This document shows, piece by piece, positions 1 through 38,100 of a DNA stretch of 64,000 bases; the stretch's first letter is position 1; each line of letters starts with the position of its first letter. Where the stretch lies: positions 1,112,066-1,176,065 of the forward strand of contig JAQGDQ010000011.1 in NCBI GenBank assembly GCA_030141605.1, read 5' to 3'. The notes beneath the pieces are model-generated. The model had not been told where the DNA came from and searched no databases. It saw nothing but the letters and a program-made list of their open reading frames with translations. Origin of the DNA: Tubiluchus corallicola (Eukaryota > Animalia > Priapulida). A program made the translations under genes and the position numbers.

Positions 1-202
1 AGAATAATGTCATAAAAAATGAGAACACATTTGCTGCACCAAACAAATGTATATAGTTTGTTTTACAATGTGTGTGCGTGTCAATTTTTTGGAAAATGAG
101 ATGAAAATTTAGGTACATCAGTTTCTGCTTTGGCTCAATCTTTTTCCTTTATGTTTTCAATACTTCCGTATGCACAGTACAAAAATTAGAAGCTTGGAGA
201 GC

Positions 203-359
203 AGTTTTCCAAAATACTTCACATGACTCAAAGTTCTTTCACTTTCCACTGTTTGTAGAGACAAAAGAGCCCAAATATGGCTCAAAGTTTTCCAAAATAC
301 TTCACATGACTCAAAGTTCTTTCACTTTCCACTGTTTGTAGAGACAAAAGAGCCCAAAT
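203..359. repeat. Direct duplication of 74 bp (203-276 and 286-359, period 83) downstream of the IFT88 stop
   Basis: agttttccaaaatacttcacatgactcaaagttctttcactttccactgtttgtagagacaaaagagcccaaat occurs twice, identically. Confidence 0.9.
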
Positions 360-796
360 CTGCAAATCTAGTACAAATGACAGTAGATTTCAGTCATAAA
401 CTGTGATGAAAACTGCAGAACACTTCATCTAAATCATGCTTTCGTGCTTTTATGGTCTAACACTGACAAAAATGGAAGCATTGAGCAATAACCGACAATA
501 AGTAAAGATCAAGACTTTTGCGAAGTTAGGCGTATTTCAATGTTTGCGAAATATATTAGAAGGATTTAGTAATAAAAGTGCTTCCTTTAATGGCGACTAC
601 TGCACAACTGGATGCAAATTCATCAGATATAGCTAATCAACAAACTGTTTGTTTACAGTTACTGAGTTGCTGTGATAGAGGTATTCATAAATTACGAGAC
701 AGAAAGAAAACTTGCAACTTTTGACTGACGCTACAATGCACATTGTAATATTACATGAGCACATGAGATTATCACATGAGAATGAAAAATGAAACT

Positions 797-25542
<24,746 letters not shown>

Positions 25543-25913
25543 CACGTAAATGTCGTAAAAGAACTAAACCCTGAAACAGAATTATTAAAAATCAAAATAA
25601 TTTCAAGTTTAGGAAAAACTTTTTATTAAGTAACAAGAAATTGGTGTGCCCATTAATCTAAAAGAACAATGCAGATCTTACACCAGATCATACAGATAGA
25701 TTATACAGCATATCAACAGCAGTATAATAACATAATACTGTGCATACGAAATAAAGTAAGAAAATCAGGAAACCAGTAAATAGAAAAAAATATATTTCGA
25801 AACATCATTAGTGGATTAGATTATAACTGTGATTGCCAGAGTTTCTAAACCATTGCGGGTAATGAATGAGAGAAAGAGGACGATGAAAATAAAAATATTT
25901 CGAAAAACCATAC

Positions 25914-26000
25914 CCGAAATTTCACCACAAGACTGTAAAAATTCACGTGAACTGTCAGTTCAGTTACATTGTTTGTTTAGATCAAACGGTATTCCAAAAT
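25914..26000 (-). other. Probable non-coding first exon of IFT88 (5' end uncertain)
   Basis: Minus-strand donor CGG|GTATGG at 25914/25913; acceptor TGTTTCAG just before 25570, upstream of the ATG at 25542. Confidence 0.45.
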
Positions 26001-26111
26001 ATTAAAACTACCATCCACCATGCGTGCAATGTTTTACAAATTTGGATTTCGTAGGCAAAAATGTACAGTCTGCACAAAAACCCCAGAGTGCGAGATATCG
26101 CGAGGTTCAAT
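25915..26111. promoter_or_regulatory. Bidirectional promoter region shared by IFT88 and ACAT1
   Basis: About 200 bp between the putative IFT88 first-exon donor and the ACAT1 ATG (26112). Contains TATCGCGAGG (26096-26105, matching TMTCGCGANR) and forkhead-like TGTTTGTTTA (25970-25979). Confidence 0.6.
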
Positions 26112-29100
26112 ATGTCTGCCACCTTGTTAAGACCGTTTGTCCCTAAGCAAAGGGTAATTGAGCACTTTTGTACTAAATTGTTTTTGATAATTTAGTCACA
26201 AAACATGGTGTATTTTTTCCAATTGCAGAGTAAATTCCGTTTTTTATCATTTCATTTAGCTCAGTTTAATAATGGGTTTGTTTGCCAGTTCCGTTACAAA
26301 TCCAATTAATTACTGCGAATCCTAAATGTCATTTTACAAGATTCAACAAACACTGTTGTACAAATAGTGTCAGGCACTTTAGTAAATTCACGGTCCCAAA
26401 TAACTGGAATAAAATAAGTGCCTACGTAAAAATACACAAAACTTATCTATAGTTTCCAAAAGTACTTGAGAAGAAGTTGCCTTGATTCGTGCTTATAATA
26501 CAGTCGTGATGCTACCACGTCTCATGGTGCAATGGCTGCCTTCCCATTATTTATAATATACTATTTTAATATAGCTGTATGTAATTTAAAACATACACTG
26601 TGGTCATTGCCTCCCCTCCTTCTGTCTTCCTATCCTTAATCTTACTATTTTTTCCATTCCATCATGTCTACTAACCCTAACTATTCCTTCATTCACTCAC
26701 TCAGGGTGCCTCAACAAGTAACGCTTTCAAATTTCATGCATCAATTCACTTAATTGGTTAATTTGCTTTCAACAATGATTTTTTACCCAGTATACTGTTT
26801 TTTTCTCATTATATTGTATGTTGATGCATTGTATATGTATTGCTGGAGTGAAATAAATTGATTGATTCATTGATTGATTGCTAATAATTTCATCATGGCC
26901 ATCCATCATTCTCATGAGTAGGCCCATAATCTGGTTGGTATGTTATGCCATCAATATGACATTCTTTTACTTGATGACACGAAAAGATCGAATCTTGATG
27001 CTTACTTAATATGCTTAATCCTTGGTAGGTTGGCTGTCCAGTTTATACAGCAGTCGATAAAACAATCTGATTTTGAATTTTCCTGCTGTTCACCTGCTGT
27101 GACAACATCTTCTGGTAGAGCATTGCAAACTGATATCAATGACTCGAAGAGAGAACGAGTATTTTCTTATATCAGTTCAGCAGTGTGCCTTGAACAGCTT
27201 CACATGATCTCTCAGTTGATCTGAAGTGGCTGACTTAAAAAATTCTCAAAGAACAAGTTCTGTGTATGCCATGCTTAAACTAACATTCCTCCACCAAATC
27301 TGCTGTGTTTCTCTTTTTTTTTATTAAAGCTATTACCTTGGAGGAATCATATGGACAAAGCCGCAAACAACCTTTTTTGTACCATTTGAATTAATGCATT
27401 TTTATATTTGCAACATAATATGGATGCAATTGTTAAAGACATTATCTCTGTTTCGTGTGTTTCTTCTCTTTTAAAGAGAGTTACTTGCAATATGGAGTTT
27501 GTTTTTCGACTAAAACCTATGTAGGATACTGACGTTGGTGTTTATTTTTATTGCTGTAATTTGTACTGTAGAGTCACACAGTACATAGTATATTGACTAA
27601 ATTTGCAGACATGCACCTTTGGATTGCAAAGAAGCTTGAAGCACATAGCAGGACTAAATGCAAGTATATGCCATACTTTTACTTGAGCGTACCAGCAACT
27701 TTTTCTTCAGACAAGTTGCCGGTGTTCCACATATAAATAGTTCATATTGTACACAGGTTTGTTACATTATATATTCAACTTAATATCCTTCAATGAGTAC
27801 CAATCCCCTAGCCTGAGTGGTAACTGGTAGGGTTGTCACATTTACACTTGTAAACGGAAGCGTTTAGTTTAGTCCGTCTAAACATTTACTGATTTTTGTA
27901 GATGATAAATGGTTTCGGTAATCGTCCCAGTGATAACAATGGTATGATGTTATGACTTTATTATGGCCGTGTAGTTACTGCTACATGCCTACACTTATTG
28001 CTACAATGCGCTTGTAAATTAAACTGATAAGAACACAGCCATGCGAAACTGCTACTGTTTGCTATTCCAAGGCTGACCCATTATAATTAATAACTAGCTG
28101 GTTATATTTTCCAACCTGGAATGTGTAGTGCAGGGGAAATTCTTGCATAAATTGGTTTAAAATTTTCACATTATGTACGAGATTACACACATTACATAGT
28201 TAAAACAAATGAGAATGTGCCAGGTTGTCAGGTTATTAGTGTAATAACCATTCCGTCATTGTGGTGAGTCTTTATTATAGCGTCTAGTCATTAGAGTGAT
28301 TGAAGTCATTAGACAGGCATTTCAAGCTAAATCATGATGATAAAAGCACATGTTATTATCATTTCCAACTCAGTTTAATTAATCGTGACAGGGAATGAAT
28401 ATATTCCCATGATTCAGATAGTAATTTGTATCTCCTCCTTCCTAGTTCTCCTAACATACATTTAATAATTAAACATCATGTTAACTGAATCATTTTGTTT
28501 AGTAAGCATCGTATAAACGTTTAGCAAACTTAATAAACATGACAGCCTTAGTTATTGCCTGGTATAAACAGTAGAAGCCTATAGAATTCTGAGGTAGCTT
28601 AGATATAGTAGAACAGCACTGGATAAACTCCAGTGACATTTGACTCTCAGACACACAAAAGTTGGCTTTTTGAAGTCTTTTATTGCTAGTGTGTCGGACT
28701 ACACAGTAATATTATTTGATATGGTACGAGTTATTTCCTGTATATCAGTTCTAATGTCAAGCAATGTACATTCTAGGATGTAGTGATTGTCAGTGGCGTA
28801 AGAACACCCATTGGATCTTTCAGAAGTTCTCTTGCAAAAGTTAGAGCAACACAGCTTGGTGCTGTTGCAATACAAAATGCTGTGGAAAGAGCTGGTAAGT
28901 AGTGCAACTGATGCACTAATTTTCGTGCCTTAGAGCAGCATTCTTTTGTTTATTTTTATGAAGGATAATGCAAAAATTCCTTTTCGGTTACACTCGCCAA
29001 ATTGTTTATCATCTGCAATTATTTTGAAAGCTGCAGCTAGTGTCTGGCCGATTGAATTCATAAAGTCGGAATTAATCAATTAGTAAACTGTAGTATAAGG

Positions 29101-32100
29101 AAAACCACATGTTACATGACACATATATTAAATAAATTAAAATATTCATAAGATATACAGAACAGCCGTGTGACCACTAAAGATGTGTATGGGTGTCATT
29201 TTTTGGAACCTGCATTACAGAAAAACAAGTCAGTATTAAAGCCTGAGGAGTTATCTGGGAAGTTAGGCTTGTTTCGATGTTTGCGAAAAATATTAGGATT
29301 TAGTAGTAAGGGTGCGTTAAGTGCTTTGTGTAATTAGTAAAATCATTTTAAAGCCACGATCATTTTACACTCGGGTATTCCCATTTTGAATGTCCATTCT
29401 TTCACCAGTGACATCATTCATCGACCGAAGAAAAGCAGTGCACTGTCAATTTCCCTCAAAACAATATGTTTTTGCAAAAAATTAGGTAGCTGCTTTTGTG
29501 ACATTTTTGCACGAAGATTAGGTAAGCTGCAAAAGTTTTAATTAAGAAGCTCATGCTTAAAGAAAGCCACGATGCGCTTATGAAAAATCACGAAGTCCTT
29601 CAGTTACGTGATAACTGTCAAGTGAATGGTGGCTACACCTGGCCGTGCCTGAAAATCTCTGTACAGCGATAGTATAAATTAACCTTATGCTTTATTGAGA
29701 GTTTTCAAAATTTCTTTGTGATATATTTCTAAGTTTAAATGATAAGATTAAAATGGACCAAAGATGCTAAGCGATTTGTCCTTTCCTTTAAACTACAGAT
29801 TTTAACAAGATTTTAATAGTTCATAACACCATGAAAAAACTAGACTGGTGTTCACTAAAATCAGCTTCCGATAACAAAATGGATATTAACTGCCACATAT
29901 GCAAGAATCTGACTGGAAAAAACATACAAGCCTAAATCAAAACAGGTCGTTACTTGAATGGAATTTATTACTGAAATTCGGACTAAATTCTGTTAGAGCA
30001 CAGTTCTACTAAAGTTATTTAATCAAACTTTGAGATAAAGAAATGGCTAATTTTATTCTCTGAAGTTTCTCCTGTCATCTCCTTAACTTTGTCTGCATTT
30101 TCAGGCATTCCAAAAGAAGAGGTGAAGGAAGTGTATATGGGTTGTGTGATCCAGGGCGGATTGGGGCAAGCGCCAGGCAGGCAGGCCACTTTGGCTGCGG
30201 GCTTGGACATAAGCACTCCCACGACAGTCGTGAATAAAGTCTGCGCATCGGGAATGAAATCCATCATGATGGCAGCACAGAGTTTAATGTGTGGAAGCCA
30301 GGTCAGTCATCACTTTTGCAGTGATGCTTCACACTTACACTGAGAGCCCAGTGAAATGTTACAGTCATTGTTTTGCAGTTGATTGTAAATCAGTTTGTCT
30401 CTTTTTCTGAAGGCATTAATAGGGTAATGTTTTTATTCTTATTCTGTTAGTCCTAATTGCGTGTAAGAATATTGAGAACACATACATGTAAGTAAATTAA
30501 TTAGAACTTATCTTCATGCTGATTGTAGCTATCAAAACAAGGAGGATTTTTTCAATCTATGTCCTTTCGTATTTTAAACAAAAACATTTTCGTATACAAA
30601 AAAGATCACCAACACAAGTCTGAAGGGAAAAATGCCTCCTATGACAACTGTAACTGCTTTGCTGTCCAATAACTCATTTAATATTTGTTAGCGCAGAGAG
30701 CGTGCTCACTGATCGTCAACGTAAACACGTAACTCGAAATACACAGACATTTATTAACAATATGATCTCAGTAAACGCAGTTAAGTTTTATAAACATTGT
30801 TTGAGACGTTGACCTGAGCACGTGTTCTTTGTCTATAATCTCAGCTCGGCGTGAGGAACAATGCCTGCAAAACAATGTTAGACATTTAGGTGTTAGAAAA
30901 TTACATCTTCACATCATCTGCTAGGCAGAATGCTAACTCACTGCAGTCACATTAACCTTCATTCTGTGAGCGACGTGTTGAAACACATCATTAATAGCGC
31001 ATTTATTCTACAATCTCTCCTAATGTGTGTATGCTATAAATCCTGTGTGTTTATAACTGAAACATTGGACTCATTATTATGAATTTCAATCTCAGAATAA
31101 ATAAAATGTCAAGAAGGATGCATTTTAACATTATCTATTGAAAGTAAAAAAAAACATATCTGCGTAGTCGTCATCTAGGTCCTTCTACGTTCTAAAACAT
31201 CGCACATTCCACCTGTTGATGCCATGCATTCCTGCTCACCTCTGCCGCCACTGCCCACAATGCATCATTCCTCAAATCTAGAGTTGTAGTTGTTTTCGCA
31301 CTTTCAGTGTTCAATGAAAAAAAACTTTGACCAGCAAGTAATGCCAAAAAGAGTTACAGAAATAAATTCAAAAGATTTTTTTGACTGAGCAATATTCAAA
31401 ATTAGGTTGCACTTACAAATTAATAACAACTCTTTACTTGCTGGTGGAAGGTTTTTCCCATTACATCGAAAATTACAGCATGGATTGCCAAAATGTCTGA
31501 AATATCTGTTTTTTCATCTTAATTACAATAAACAGTGTTAAAATACATGCTTTTAGTCGCCTTATTGATCCCTGTGTTTTTAACAAGGAACAGAACCATT
31601 AAAAACAATCAAAAACTCACTGTGTTTAGAAACTAGTTTTGGGTAATTCATTTTCAGGATGTGATGGTCGCTGGTGGAATGGAAAGTATGTCTCATGCTC
31701 CATTCATCATGACTCGAGATGTGCCTACATATGGCGGAGTCCACCTTACGGATACGGTTCTTTCTGACGGTCTCACTGATCCGTATCACAACATTCACAT
31801 GGTACAGTATGAACGCATATTCTTGAAAGCCAACCTTTTGCAAACCAAAACTATTATGTTAACTGCAGTGATAGTTTAAGACATCAGTGATCAAGCAAAG
31901 TCTTTGAAAGTATGCTGAAGGTACAGGTTCTTATTTCTTCGCACCCAAAAATGCATTGATTTAGAGATGTGCCACCTTATAATGCTTCGTGTGTCTTATC
32001 AATGGATTTCACCATGCTGTACGTAATATTCTATTACTATTACTGTTTACCTGCTGCTCACAGTTTGGTCCGATTAGCCTTAAACTGACAAAAGCTAGAC

Positions 32101-35100
32101 AACCCTTAAGCAATTTAGCATTGTAGTGTACACTAATATTAAAGGAAAACTGGATACAATCTTAAACTATAGCTCAAAACAATATACTCTATAAAATATT
32201 GAAAGGAAGCATACTATTTTTTCCAGAATGACTTATGTGAAAGAATTATTACCATAGAAATGAAATTTCGCATTCGTGCTGCTCATTCCATTGCATGCAT
32301 TTCGCCATTCTCTAGTTAGATGGGCACTAGCGCGTCTGTCTCGGAAACGCATTGCACAAAAAACTGGTGCAAGATCTCTCAGTTTAATGGTGTTCGGTTG
32401 TGATGTAATGCAAAGTTCAAAACCTCACGAGTGAGCGCAGTGCTCAGTAAACTCGAAATTTAAATTTTTGTTTTTAACATTTGACGTGTTTTTGTATATC
32501 ACACTGAATGTTGTGCTGTAGCACTGTACATCAATTTAAACTTTTGCAAACATGTACATTGTGCTCATGGAATTTTATGCTGTTGAAAATTATTTTCACT
32601 TGTGATGTCATCAATAGTTGGGCTTGCCTCCAGTTAATTAAGTTTGTAACATATTATTTAATTATGAAAAACACTTTGGCATTACTATGGATGTTAAAAT
32701 GTATACTTTTTACTGTTCTTTAAAATTGGGTAGGATATGAAAAATTATATCATTTTCCTTTAACTAATAATCCTCCTACTTTCAAAATGCTGAACTAGCA
32801 GCAATATCATAGGCCATATTCTTGTGTATAAACGTATTTTAATAAGAGCTATAACATGAGGTCATATGCCAGATAAAACTTGTCAGACGTGATATTCTTG
32901 CCTGACACCCTCCAGTTTACTTACCAGGGCCAGTGTTGCTCAACTTCCACGATAGGCACACAACCGTGACCACTCATCTTTCTTCCTTCACTTTTAAAGA
33001 GCGTTTGTGACATTTCAGGGTGTGTGTGGTGAACACACGGCTGAGAAAATGAAGATAACACGTGAAGAGCAGGACGATTTTGCGATCGAAAGTTACAGAA
33101 GGTCCACTGAGGCCTGGAAGAATGGAGTGTTTAAAGATGAGGTTGTTCCTGTTTCTGTGCCAGCTGGAAAGGGCAAACCAGACGAGATCGTTAATGAGGA
33201 TGAAGAATTTAAAAAGTAAATATAAAACTGCATAAAACTTGTAAATTTAAACTACAGCGTTGACCGTTAGGCACAGCCATTTTGAACAAGTTCAGCTGAC
33301 ATTGCATAAAGTTTGAAAAAATAATCAGAATATTCTTAGGACACTCCTTGCTAACCAAGCAAAAATATAAATTAATTTACATTGTCAATAAGATCAGTAA
33401 TATGTTTTTGGTGAATTAGTGTTGCACAGTGGGATGGCAATGCAGTGCCATTTTATATTACTAAGAGTTTTCCCTTACATAAGCTTTTCAAACTGGTAAA
33501 CATAATGCTAAGTAATATCATAATGTATGGAAAGTTCTTTGGTATATAATTTAAAATTCCCTTTTCTTCCCCTTGGATTTTTTTCATAATCGAAAGGCAT
33601 GGTAATCGTACGGCACACCTAATTATGGTATATTAATTAACCAGTATTACTGTAGCTGTAGCTGTAGCTGTAGCTGTGTTGCTACTGTTGCTGTAACTGT
33701 GTTGCTACTGTAGCTGTAGTTGTTGCTGAAGCTGTGTTGTTGCCGTTGCTGTACCTGTGTTGTTGCTGCTGCTGTAACTGCGTTGCTATATTTGTATTCC
33801 AGTAATTATTGTTGTTGTTATTGAGGAAGAAGATTGTACCATAAAGTTTTGGCTTTACTGCTGTCCTAATATTTATAGCAAACAATTCACCTTTTTCGTG
33901 TTTTTAGGTTTAAACCTGAGAAAGTTAAGACCTTAAGGGCTGTATTCAAGAAAGAAGGAGGAACTGTAACAGCCGCAAATGCTAGCAAATTGAATGATGG
34001 TGCCGGTGCCGTTGTAGTAATGACGGCTCAGGCAGCCGCTAGACTCAACGCTAAACCTCTTGCAAGGATACTAGGTTTGTATTTTGCAGCGTTTTCAATT
34101 TTTTTAGATATCGTAGAAATTTTGAGCTTTGCATTTTTTGCATAGTTTTTTCTAAGTCAATTTATACATTCACTCACACAGTGAAAACATGTCACACACG
34201 TTGAAACTGCAGCCTGCAGTCATCATCAGTGATAGATTACACAAACAAACAACCAGTATTATAAGCATAATCTACAGTATAGAAATTTTACTGTACTGTA
34301 TCTCTTCCTTCTATACACGGCTGTTAATTCATTTCATCTTTGGTTTCCTTGTAAACACGTAATTAGTGAATTTCTGTACAGTAGCTTCTCCCTATAAAAC
34401 TGGTTCTTGTTTGTGTAATCTATCACTGAAGATGACTGCAAGGTGCAGTTGAAATGTTTTTCATTGATTGGTGAAATTGTTTACCTTGGTAAGTGCAATT
34501 TGCACGTTGAAAACACACATCTGATCGTAAAGATGCTTTTATTCTATGTACAAGATTCTTATGAAAACGTCTTCTTCCTTATTGAACTTGCCAAAATGAC
34601 TCATTGATCCGTTGATTCAAAATTAGGTTATGTTTTGAGTACCAATTTGAGTACAAAAATACCCAAGATGCCTTAGTTCTGAATTTAAATTTACTTTTTA
34701 AATTTTGGTTTGTGAACTGAATGGTACATCTGGGTGACTTGAAGAATGAGAAAAGGCAATTTTAAAGTATGCCCCAAAAACTTTCCATACAAAGTTATAT
34801 TACGTAGCATTATGGTTACCCGTTTAAAATACTTATATAACTAGGAAAAAATTCTTAGTAATTTAAAATGTTCATGCCACCTGACCATCATGACACCGAC
34901 TCACCTTTCCAGTGTGCTCCAAAAACGTATTTTTAACCTTAATGACAAGATACAGTAATTTATACTTTTGCTTAGTTCATGAAGAGTGTGCCAATGATTA
35001 ATGTGCAATTTAAATTTAAATTTAAGAGTTTTATACAGCTTTATTGTTAATGCCAGTCCTGTATGCAATGACAGCATGTAAGTCATACAAGATTTCTACA

Positions 35101-38100
35101 GCTACAGCTACAGTAATACTGGTTAATTAATATACCATCATTAGGTGTGCCGTACGATTACCATGCCTTTCGATTACGAAAAAAATCCAATGGGAAGAAA
35201 AGGGAATTTTAAATTATATCCCAAAGAACTTTCCATACATTGTGATATTACTTAGCATTATGCTTACCAGTTTGAAAAGCTTATGTAAGTGAAAACTCTT
35301 AATAATCTAAAATGGCACTGCATCGCCATCGCACTGGACACCACTGATTCACCAAAAACACATTACTGATCTTATTGACAATGTAAATTTGTATTTATAT
35401 TTAAACATTTATATTTTTGCTTAGTTAGCAAGGAGTGTTCTAAGAATGTTCTGATTATTATTTCAAACTTACCACAAGGTTATCTAAACTTATTTCAAAT
35501 GACTTACCGTCGAAATGACTGCGCCTAACAGTCGTCGCAGCAATTTAAATTTGACAGTTTTATATAGCATTATTGTTAATGCCAGTCCTGTATGCAATGA
35601 CAGCATGTAAGTGATACAAGATTTCTACAGCTACAGCTACAGTAATACTGGTTAATTAATATACCATCATTAGGTGTGCCGTACGATTACCATGCCTTTC
35701 GATTACGAAAAAAATCCAATGGGAAGAAAAGGGAATTTTAAATTATATCCCAAAGAACTTTCCATACATTGTGATATTACTTAGCATTATGCTTACCAGT
35801 TTGAAAAGCTTATGTAAGTGAAAACTCTTAATAATCTAAAATGGCACTGCATCGCCATCGCACTGGACACCACTGATTCACCAAAAACACATTACTGATC
35901 TTATTGACAATGTAAATTTGTATTTATATTTAAACATTTATATTTTTGCTTAGTTAGCAAGGAGTGTTCTAAGAATGTTCTGATTATTATTTCAAACTTA
36001 CCACAAGGTTATCTAAACTTATTTCAAATGACTTACCGTCGAAATGACTGCGCCTAACGGTCGTCGCAGCAATTTAAATTTGACAGTTTTATATAGCATT
36101 ATTGTTAATGCCAGTCCTGTATGCAATGACAGCACGTAAGTGATACAAGATTTCAAGATGAATTATTTTAGCTTTATTTATGAACAGTGTTTTTGTTTTC
36201 AAGTGCTTTAACTGTGTTTTTTTCATTTTTAATTTCGCCAGATGTTGAAAAAGTGTGACGAATAAGTTTTTCTCAGTTATAGCAATAACATGACGTCATT
36301 TATTATTGAAAACTAAGAAATCCTGAGTGCTTAATAGTACTTAGCACTATACTGCTGCATTATGTGTTCAAACATGTAACAAATTTTTTAATCTTCAAGT
36401 AATTGTACAAAACAGATAATCCAATAGTAATTTTTATTAGTACTGCATAATACATTGCATTACAGCATAAAACAATGAATTAGTGGTGTCTGAACCATGT
36501 TAAATGAAAAAATTTAATGTACAGAAAGTGATTTACTAGCAGGATCTTGCTTGGGAACTATAAAAAATGAATTAGATAAGGTTCTAGCTGTTAAAACTGT
36601 TAATATTACAATAGCTTGGGCTGCGAGGCATTGTCAAGTGTACACAAATGTGTTGTCTGGTACACTTAACCTTTAACCTTTTTGCGATCATCATCAATCG
36701 CTGCAACTGTGAAAATGCTTATGGGAATCAAATCCTCACCTATACTCAATCTGACATGATGACAATGAAGATGATGGTAATTTTGCATTATCAAATTATT
36801 AATCATGTTACAGGGTGACTTATAGACTGATACAGTTTATTTTGGCTGGGAACAAAGATGGCTTTTTTGGCTTAGGGCTGTCTTGTCTGTATGCTACTGC
36901 CCAACCTTGATGAACATGTAGAGAACCAAGTGGCGCTGCTGAAGCCTCCTCCAGCACTTGCTCAGAGATACAGCAAGGTCCACCTATAAAGTCCATCTTC
37001 AATGCTTGATTATAATATTGCCAAGTGAAAGGAGCTTGTGAAAGCCACAATGGAAAATCATCCATTTCTAATTTATTGAAATGGTTATCTAGGTACTCGT
37101 CCTGCCACATGGATGGTGTATCATTTGGTTCATAATGGTGTGGCATGCCTTCTTCCAAGTGCCGCTCCAGTTTAGGGTACGAAGAAATGTGAGCAAACGG
37201 GTTTCTTTCTTCTTTTTGTATATAAGGAGGAATGTGAGCAAACGGGTTTCTTTCTTCTTTTTGTATATAAGGAAAAAAGACGTTTACCCATCCCGTGACA
37301 TAATTGACCCCACCTGATTCATCTTCTCTGTTATATTTGAAAATCCGAGCCATCCAGTCTTCCAGTGAGGGATCTTTTGGGTTCTGATAACATAGGATCA
37401 ACTTCTTAAGGACTGTCGTTAATCCAGTTTTCCACCACTCCAGATCTGTACCATTGGGCATACCTTGAAACATATTTAATAAATTTTCTGCAGCCTCTTT
37501 TAATTTGATCCAGTCGTTCAACTCTCCCAGTAATGTTACACTTGGTATCCCACACATTGAATACACTTTTAAATCGATGTAAGCCTGTACAACGTCCATC
37601 AAGGAAATGCAGGAAATATCGTTTAGCGTCTCTGTTGTTGTGGTAAATCGTTCACGTATCACTGGCTGTGCACTTTCTTTTAAATTTGCTTCAATAAGTT
37701 GTCTGAATTCTCGAATTACGCCCGGCCAGTTGTTGTCTTGTCCCACCACAAAGTCGTCTCGTCTGACACTTAGTGCGATCTTTCCCTCATGTTTAACAAA
37801 CACGTCACGCAGCTCCTCCGAGTGCTTATTTACATGTATGGTCACGGCCTTTCGAATGTAGTGCCATAACAAGTCCGGTGTGAAGGCAATTGGTTTGTGT
37901 TTAGCAAAACCGATGAAGCACATTTTTATAAGAGGATTTTGAGCTATTGCATACCCACCTTCAGGTATTGGTTTGAATGCTTTGCAATCATAATCCACAT
38001 GCATCTGTTCTATGTCCCTGAGTTTCGGGCTATCGTGGCCGTTAAAAGCACGGAACAGAAGACGGTTGCGGACTTGCGTGTCATCTGTACGCTTGATAAA

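Noticed and set aside
27902-27941. Exon-like segment ag|[13 protein letters not shown]|gtatga in ACAT1 intron 2
   Set aside because: 40 nt long and ending in phase 1, so it cannot join the phase-0 exon at 28777; no thiolase similarity.
33682-33885. Gln/Thr/Asn-rich ORF
   Set aside because: Translation of an intronic low-complexity tract.
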